Source of the DNA: the human T2T-CHM13v2.0 reference genome, Homo sapiens
Strand: one strand, 5' to 3'
DNA length: 64,000 nucleotides
Assembly (NCBI RefSeq): GCF_009914755.1
Contig: NC_060935.1
How positions within the stretch are numbered: the stretch's first letter is position 1; the number at the start of each line of letters is the position of its first letter. Position numbers and translations under genes: made by a program. Below are positions 54,226 through 64,000 of this stretch, piece by piece. The notes under the pieces were generated by a model, which saw only the letters and a list, made by a program, of their open reading frames with translations, was not told the origin of the DNA and ran no database searches.

Positions 54226-54849
54226 TGCCAGATGCAAGACTGGTCCTGAAGACAGGCTGCAAATTCCCAGAAAAACAAGCCTCTGCATTGACGAAGAAGA
54301 CATGTCTAAAATAACGGCCTCAGGAAGCGAATCGTTCATGCAACCTGCTCAAGCCCTGCTGCGCCCCATCAAGCCTGAAGTTGGCCACTTACTGTGACCA
54401 CTAGACTTGTTCTCAGCCGGGCCTCATATCTCTGCAAAGTGAGGGTGGTAGCCCTGCCTCCAGCACTGGTGGATAATCCTGGTAAAGGGCAGGCCACCAG
54501 CAGCCACTCAGCAAATAGGCCTCTTGTCCCTTCTTCCATATCTCATCATTCTTTTCTTGCCACTGGTTAGAGAAAAAAATGTCAAGGGGTGAATGTAAAA
54601 TAAAGTGAAATGTGGTCGTGTTTTAGGACAGCAGTGTGGCCCTTGGGCAGTTCCCTTTGGCCATCCAGTGACTCTGAGAGGTGATTCCAAAGTGGAGAGT
54701 TCAGTGGAGGACTGACTACTCTTGCTTGTGCCTAGATGTTAACATTCTAGAAAAAACTAATTGAAATAACTTCAACTTTTACATGAAATGGCTTTCTCTT
54801 CTCCCGAGTCCCAATTCAGCAGTCTATCCAGCAGCCACAGCCAGGGTCC

Positions 54850-55205
54850 TGTGAGGGGCTGAACCGTGTCCCCACAAAACTTGTGTGGAAGCCTTAGCCC
54901 CCAGTGCCTCAGAATGTGACTGGAGAGTGAGGTCTTTAACAGGTAACTAAGTTCAGATGAGGCTGTAAGGGTGGGCCCAAATGCAATCTGACTGGGGTCC
55001 TTATAAGAGATGAGGACACACACAGTGGAAAGACGTAAGGACACGGGGGGAAGGTAGCTGTCTGCAAGGCAAGGAGAGAGGCCTCAGGAGGGAGCAGCCC
55101 TGTGACACCTTGATCTCGGACTCCAGCCTCCAGAACCGAGAGAAGATGGACCGCTGTTGAAGCCACCCATCAGTGGTGCTGTGGTGGCAGCCTGAGCTGA
55201 GACAG
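54850..55205 (+). mobile_element. MLT1A/B-like LTR
   Basis: cccagtgcctcagaatgtgact...ccttgatctcggactccagcctccagaac consensus phrases. Confidence 0.8.
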
Positions 55206-56439
55206 TGGCAGACGACACGCTGGGAGCTTCTGACAGGAAGGAAGGAGCAGGCCAGAGCCTTGGGAAACCAACCGCAAGGGATGCAATCCAACCCCAGGAG
55301 CTCCCAAACTCAAAGCCACTCTGGACAAAGGCTGATGTCTGGAACTAGCGGGACGGGATGGGCCTGGCAGGGATGGGGAAGACAGCAAGCAGACTTTGTC
55401 CGCAAACAGCGGACACCCAGGGCCACAGCCTTGCAGGACTGGGACGGGTAGCGCTCACAGGTGTGAGCAAGGTGGCTCAGGGCTGGTGGGAACAGCAAGC
55501 AGTGGCACCGAGGACGCAGGTTCTTCCTAGCTCTTCACTCTGCCAGGCTCAGGGGTGGCTTCAGCTGTAGCCAGCCTGCAAGATGCCTGGAGCAGTTCTA
55601 GCTGCCGCATCCCAACAGGATGATGTCCAAAATAGCACCAGCACCTTTTCTTTGGAATGACGTAACCTTTCCCAGAAGCCCCCGGAGGACCTTCTGCCAA
55701 CTCATCTCCTTAACCCAGCAGACACAGCCATTCTAAGAGTGGGCCACTGTGCTGGGGACTGGTCGGACCCTCTACTAACACCTCATTAGCAGAAGAGGAG
55801 ACACAGACATGCTCATTCCCAGTGTAAAAGCTGAGGATGGCGTTGCCTGGATACGACGGAAGCACCTGTTACAGTGGGCTCTGTCCATACTGCAATGTTG
55901 GCGGTGACCAAGGGCTCCCGGAAACTGGGTCTCGTCCTCTAGAAAGGGGCCAGGCAGGCGTAGGTCAGCAGAGTGTGTGAGAATCTTGAAGATGAGGAGG
56001 CAGCCCTGGCTCCCATGTGAGGCAAACCAGAGGAGGAAGTGGCAGTATGCTGCTCAGCCAGCTGTGCCAAAGAGGCAGAGAGGGAGTAGGGAGAGAGAAC
56101 AGGAGACAGAGACGGGAGAAGAAAAAAGAGGAGAGGAAGGGAGAGAAGGTGGGGGACAGTGGGCATAGAGATGTCTCGGGGAGGGTGGATTAGTAATAGC
56201 TGCTGACAGGTGGCTGGGCCAGGTGAGCAGGAGCTGACCAGTCCCCAACACAATGGGAGCACTCTCGCAGTGGCTGTGTCTACGCTAGGTTAAGGAGACA
56301 AGCTGGCAGAAATCTAAGGCCCATGTCTTCCTTCATATCCAGATCCTAAATGCCCTGGAGGAAGAAATAAACTGGCTGGATGTTGTGTTATAAATGATGC
56401 CGTGTTATAAATGACGTTGTGTTATAAATGGTCCCAAAC

Positions 56440-58395
<1,956 letters not shown>

Positions 58396-58464
58396 TCAAA
58401 ATGAAAGTCCGGAACCTTCTGCACTAATTTTAAAGTCTGGCTGAACATTGAGTAACGAACAAAA
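58396..58464 (-). CDS. LTO1: LTO1/ORAOV1 last coding exon (to stop)
   Basis: Minus strand ttttcag|: FCSLLNVQPDFKISAEGSGLSF*; TGA at 58398-58396. Confidence 0.95.
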   Translation of the reverse strand, partial: FCSLLNVQPDFKISAEGSGLSF

Positions 58465-58771
58465 CTGAAAACACAAAAGAGATGGTATTTTTAATCTTGT
58501 GCATTTTTACTGAAAAATGAGAAGATAACTCTATCTCTAGCTATAGCTTTTCCTGTCTATGTGGCCAGCCCATAAATGAGTTCTAACTCCTTTTCTCTGG
58601 ACTGTCTTCAGTTTTCCTGCACTGCGACTCAAGGATGAGGCGCCTCTACGGACAGTTCCGCGGCGCACGCAGCCCCAGGCCATTGCCGCAGCGGCCCCGG
58701 GAGTGCGCTGCCCCGCCTGGGAAAGGCGCAATCAGGTGCTCCTAGCAGGAGGAAACACACAGTGCACGCAC

Positions 58772-58889
58772 CTGTTTAAATTTTCCTCTGATCTTGTCTA
58801 AGTCTTCATGGAGTTTATCGTAAGTAGGGTCATCATAAGGGAATTTCTGGATCATTCCAATCAATGATTCTAAGACCTTCATCTTTCTG
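58772..58889 (-). CDS. LTO1: LTO1/ORAOV1 penultimate coding exon
   Basis: Minus strand ttacag|C AGA AAG ATG...: RKMKVLESLIGMIQKFPYDDPTYDKLHEDLDKIRGKFKQ; donor |gtgcgt; 118 nt; phase matches the previous exon. Confidence 0.95.
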
Positions 58890-59609
58890 CTGTAAAGCAC
58901 AGAAATACAGACTCTCAGTCATGTGCACACAACAGGCTCAACTTACACAACAGCTATGCTGCTGGCTTCCTGAAACCCAGCAGGTGCGCTAAGAATGCCT
59001 TCGTTCAAAAGCTGGATGATTATTTTCTCATTACACGAAATCATATTTATTTACCTAGCAACGAGCTTAGGCCCATACCCAGTGCCTCGACAGCAAGTGT
59101 GTGCCTAGCTTACAGACACGCCTCCATTCCGACCACGGGGCCAAGGGGCTGAGGCAGCCAGAAGCCCTGCTGACTCTCGAGGTCACACATGCAGAAACAG
59201 ACAGAACTGGGCAAGAGGGACTGGGGCTGGGCACGAGCAGGCCTGCTCTGGGTCTGGGGATTTTCCAGGATCTGGATTCTTTGTGCTCAAAGCCTTCCAA
59301 AGTTCAGCTGCAGGTAAACCAGCAAACCCCTCCCTCCAAAGGCGGAAATCAGTACTGTCCCCTCCCCAGGGAGGAAACAGCTTTGCTGGGGAGGCAAGGA
59401 GGTTCTGCAGAAAGGCTGTGCACTCAGGAGACAGCAGCCCTGGGCATGACATCTCCCCAACACCTCTCTACCTGCTTTCAACCCTGCTGGCCTCATCTGT
59501 AAAATGGGGGGCATCCCAGCCTCCAGATGGTGAGAAATTAATTTCTGTTTTGTTTTTTTTTTTTTAATGGGGAGAGTAACAGCAACCTCACAGACTTTCA
59601 AGAGGATTA

Positions 59610-59960
<351 letters not shown>

Positions 59961-61280
59961 TCAATAAATGTTAGTCTCTTGGTCTCTTGGTTTCCTCTGG
60001 ATCCTAGAGATCAGGGCTCTCACCTGCAGGGGTTTAAAAATAATCCACACATGTGTACATCTCGTGGGGCCAGGTCTTTTCAATGAACCACAGGTGGTCC
60101 TGAGAAGCATGCTGCCTCTATGCCGCATTGGACCATGTGAGTGGCCAGAGTAGGCAAGATACTCGATTAACGGGCATTTTAAAGAACTGACAGTTAGGAT
60201 GAATCAACAGCAATTCAAAGCAACCAAGACCTCCTGTGTACTTGCAAACAGCTGGTGCTCCTGGATACAGAGAAGAGCAAGTTTGCCAGCAGCATCCAGT
60301 TTACAAGAGCTAACCATGGCTACCTCTCTGAGAAAATACAAAACTGTGAAAGGTCAAAGCAAGTCAGTTTTAGCAACAAAGCACCTGGTTTCCAGGGAAA
60401 CCAAAGGGAGATGCCAAAACGTGGGAGGTGGCTGTATGCTAACCCGATGCAGAGGACCACGCACTTTCCACTTGGCAAGCGGTTACTTTTCTGGTCAGCG
60501 ATGCTGCTCAGACACACCCAGCCGGGCGCACCATCAGAGGCGGCACACGTCAGGCAGGTGTGAGCAGCTCAGGGCTAATGAAAGAAAAGTGATGGTGCCA
60601 GAGCCCCCGTGCTCAGCCCCGGTGCGCGCTGGTCTGCAGGAGGGTTTCACCAGACTGCTGAAGCCGGGGACAGAAGTGTCACGCAGTTTACCGGAAAGCT
60701 AGTTACTCAACGGAAAGCACCATCTTTTGGCCTGAGATGCCGCTCTCCGTGGTTTCTTTGGTGTTACAATGCCCAGCATTTTGCTGAATGACAATGCGGT
60801 GGCAGGTGTTTTTCTCTTAACATCCTTATTTGGAAAAATTTACAGGTAAAACATGCAATATCAGCCCTTCACCATTTAAAAAAAAACAAAAAACAAAAAA
60901 AAAAACCTGACATGTAAGATCTAAACATCCATGAACCACTGCTCTACAATAAAGCCTTAGGTTCCAAAGAGACCTCTGGGTACTACTGGATGGGATGAGG
61001 GCGGCTGCGAGGGGGGTCTGGCAGGGCTTCCACCAGCCCCTCGTCAACCAAAGCGGTTCTTCTCTGTTAGCTAGACTGAGTGTGCTGCTTTCAGACGTCA
61101 GCAAACCCCTGCTCTGGGGTAAGGGCTGGCAACCTCCTGGGATGGGACCACTGGCACACAGCGGAGCACTTCTCCAGGAGCCGGCAGATTCTGCCGCTGT
61201 GGGAGAAGGGAGACAGGCGGAGAACTCCAAGAACACACATCCTTTTGTGGCCTGGAGTTGAGAGCCAGGCTCAGCTTTGA

Positions 61281-61296
61281 CTGCCACCTAGTGGTA
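61281..61296 (-). promoter_or_regulatory. CTCF consensus site in an LTO1 intron
   Basis: Minus strand CCACTAGGTGGCAG matches the CTCF core CCASYAGRKGGCRS. Confidence 0.7.
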
Positions 61297-61725
61297 GCAC
61301 AGGCTGCCAACAGCGATTCCCCTGGGATCCCCAGCTGCCGGCCGCTGCCTGAGAACCAGGAGGAAAATGTCCTCAAGTGCCCCTCTGCTAACCCAGAATC
61401 CCATCGACTCCCAACTGCTGGTACAAACGGAGCAGAAAGAACTACCCGTATCAGTTGCAAGCATCCTCATTCTTAAACATTTGAATATTCAAGATATTCA
61501 AGGTATTTCTAGAAATTCAAGATATTTCAAATAAAAGCACAAGTCACGTAGTCAGGGAGAGAGTTACCCACTCTCCTTGTGCCCCTCCCACGCTAGGCAA
61601 GGCCACCAGGTGTCAGAATGACGCAGAGCACCAGCTCAGGTCCCGCGCTTGCTGCTGCCCATGAACAGCAGAGTATCCAAACCATCTCAAGGGTTCATTT
61701 CCAGCTTCAGAATGAAGATAGATAA

Positions 61726-62074
<349 letters not shown>

Positions 62075-62624
62075 GAGAAGAGTTTTTAAAGGCTAAAAAC
62101 AATTCAAATGACAGCTAACACTTACTGAGTGTTGACAAGTTCCAGAAAGGAGTTAAACACATTTAAAGGCATTTTCTTGTTAACAGACTTAGTTGGCTAC
62201 ATTAAAAAACTGATGACACTGGTGTCCTCATCTCTGAGCCCAAGTGATACAAAACTGTTATAATTTGTTTATTAGAAGCTCAGGGGAAAGGTGAATGAGA
62301 AAATACAATCAATGTCAACATTATTTTATTGGTAGGGTATCTAAAAGCCACATGGTGCACTAATGACTCCAGGTAAAAGGCAGGAGCATAGAACTCTTGA
62401 GAAGCAACAACAGCCAGTGTTCACCAAACACCTAAAATGTGCCTGGCACTTTCTATTTAGTATTTCCGTTAAATCTCCTAACAACACTCAAGCTTGACAC
62501 TGATAATTTTCTCCATTTTACAGATGAGGAACAGACAGATTGATTACTCAAGGGCATGCTGGTAACCCATGGAACTAGAACTCCTGGTTCCTACGCTGAG
62601 AAAGAAAGACATCTCCACCTTTAC

Positions 62625-62695
62625 CTGTCCTTCTCAGTGGTGCAACTGTGCAGTAGACATTTCCATGCAAAAGCAAAACCTTGGTAGCACCCGAT
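62625..62695 (-). CDS. LTO1: LTO1/ORAOV1 internal coding exon
   Basis: Minus strand cacag|ATC GGG TGC...: IGCYQGFAFAWKCLLHSCTTEKD(S); donor AG|gtaaag; 71 nt. Confidence 0.95.
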
Positions 62696-62867
62696 CTGTG
62701 AATGTGAAAAATATTTAAGAGTGAAATTAATAAGCAACTAGCTACACTTTCATTACCAAGATCTCAAAACAAAAGGTGGGGGCAGAAGGCAGCGGTGCTT
62801 CTCACACTATTGTTCTGGAAGCACCTGTTGAGCATTAGGCAATGGAAATTAGGAAATTAGGTCATCG

Positions 62868-63320
62868 GTGGGGCAGCCAGCCTCCCAGATGCCCCAGTCC
62901 TCATCTCCTGGTACCCATGCCCTGTGCAGGTCCCTCGACACTCCACCAGGGTGGCTTTCGTAACCAACAGAATGTGGAGGAACAGCACAAAGCTCCTGAG
63001 TCTAGGGATAAAAGCCAGTGTCACTTGCCTCACCAGCTCTCTTGGACCACTCGCTCTTGAATGTCACGAGGACACACAAGCAGCCCCATGGAGACGTCCA
63101 TGCCCACAGTCAGGTGACAGCACCACCTTGGAGGCAGATCCTCCAAGCCCAGTCAAGCCTTCAGGTGACACGGCTCTGGCTGACACCCTGAGCCAGGACC
63201 ACCCAGCAAAGCTGCTCCTGAGTTCCCAACCCTCAGAAACATGTGAGATCATCCATATTTGCTGTGTTAAGCCCATGAATTTTGTGGTGATCTGTTTCAC
63301 AGCATCGAACATCCAATATA
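62868..63320 (+). mobile_element. MLT1 LTR
   Basis: cccagtcaagccttcaggtgac...cccaaccctcagaaacatgtgaga...gctgtgttaagcc consensus phrases. Confidence 0.75.
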
Positions 63321-63676
63321 GTCATAACTGCCTCAACTCAGACTTTGCCACTAAGGGCCACTTATCTGTAAGGGCCAATCTAGGACAAAGGGCAAGAAGA
63401 GAAAAAAAAAAATCATAAAGTTAATGAAATTTCAACGTAAACATAAATGGAATATGTTCACATGACAGAGGGCACCCATTCTTTGGCTTAGTACATGAGC
63501 CAGCACCATGACACTCCCAAGTAAACTAAGGAGACCAGGGACTTGTTTTCTTTTATCCAGCATGCATAATTTAATTGTATCTACCTACAGCAAAATGCAC
63601 TCTTGGTTCTGTACTAAGAATATTTCTCCAGCAACAGTCCATCTAGTCCATTAACTCCCATGCAAAGGCACTGTGA

Positions 63677-63978
<302 letters not shown>

Positions 63979-64000
63979 GGCACTGTGATTTTAAAAGGCC

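Overview
Human genomic DNA: Alu-rich, with L1, MIR and MaLR relics. I recognise it as the 11q13 CCND1 locus. The window holds the complete five-exon cyclin D1 gene on the + strand (CDS 32189-42157; 198+216+160+149+165 = 888 nt, 295 aa). Also present are its TATA-less CpG-island promoter, the intron-4 read-through cyclin D1b frame, a ~3.2 kb AU-rich 3' UTR and a downstream enhancer-like region. The last three coding exons and 3' UTR of LTO1 (ORAOV1) lie convergently on the - strand; the LTO1 5' exons are beyond the window end. The first ~27 kb is mostly interspersed repeats, including an Alu-tail GGAA microsatellite (EWS-FLI1-type element) and a few motif-dense unique islands. Nearly all other ORFs in the six-frame track are Alu- or GC-driven noise. 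I found no new protein-coding system. The most interesting leads are regulatory or RNA-level: the GGAA enhancer, antisense poly(A) signals inside the CCND1 3' UTR, back-to-back poly(A) signals between the genes, a NAGNAG acceptor in LTO1, a hairpin-unit VNTR abutting a THE1 LTR, and palindromic/duplicated promoter motifs. Repeat boundaries and subfamily calls are by eye and approximate.
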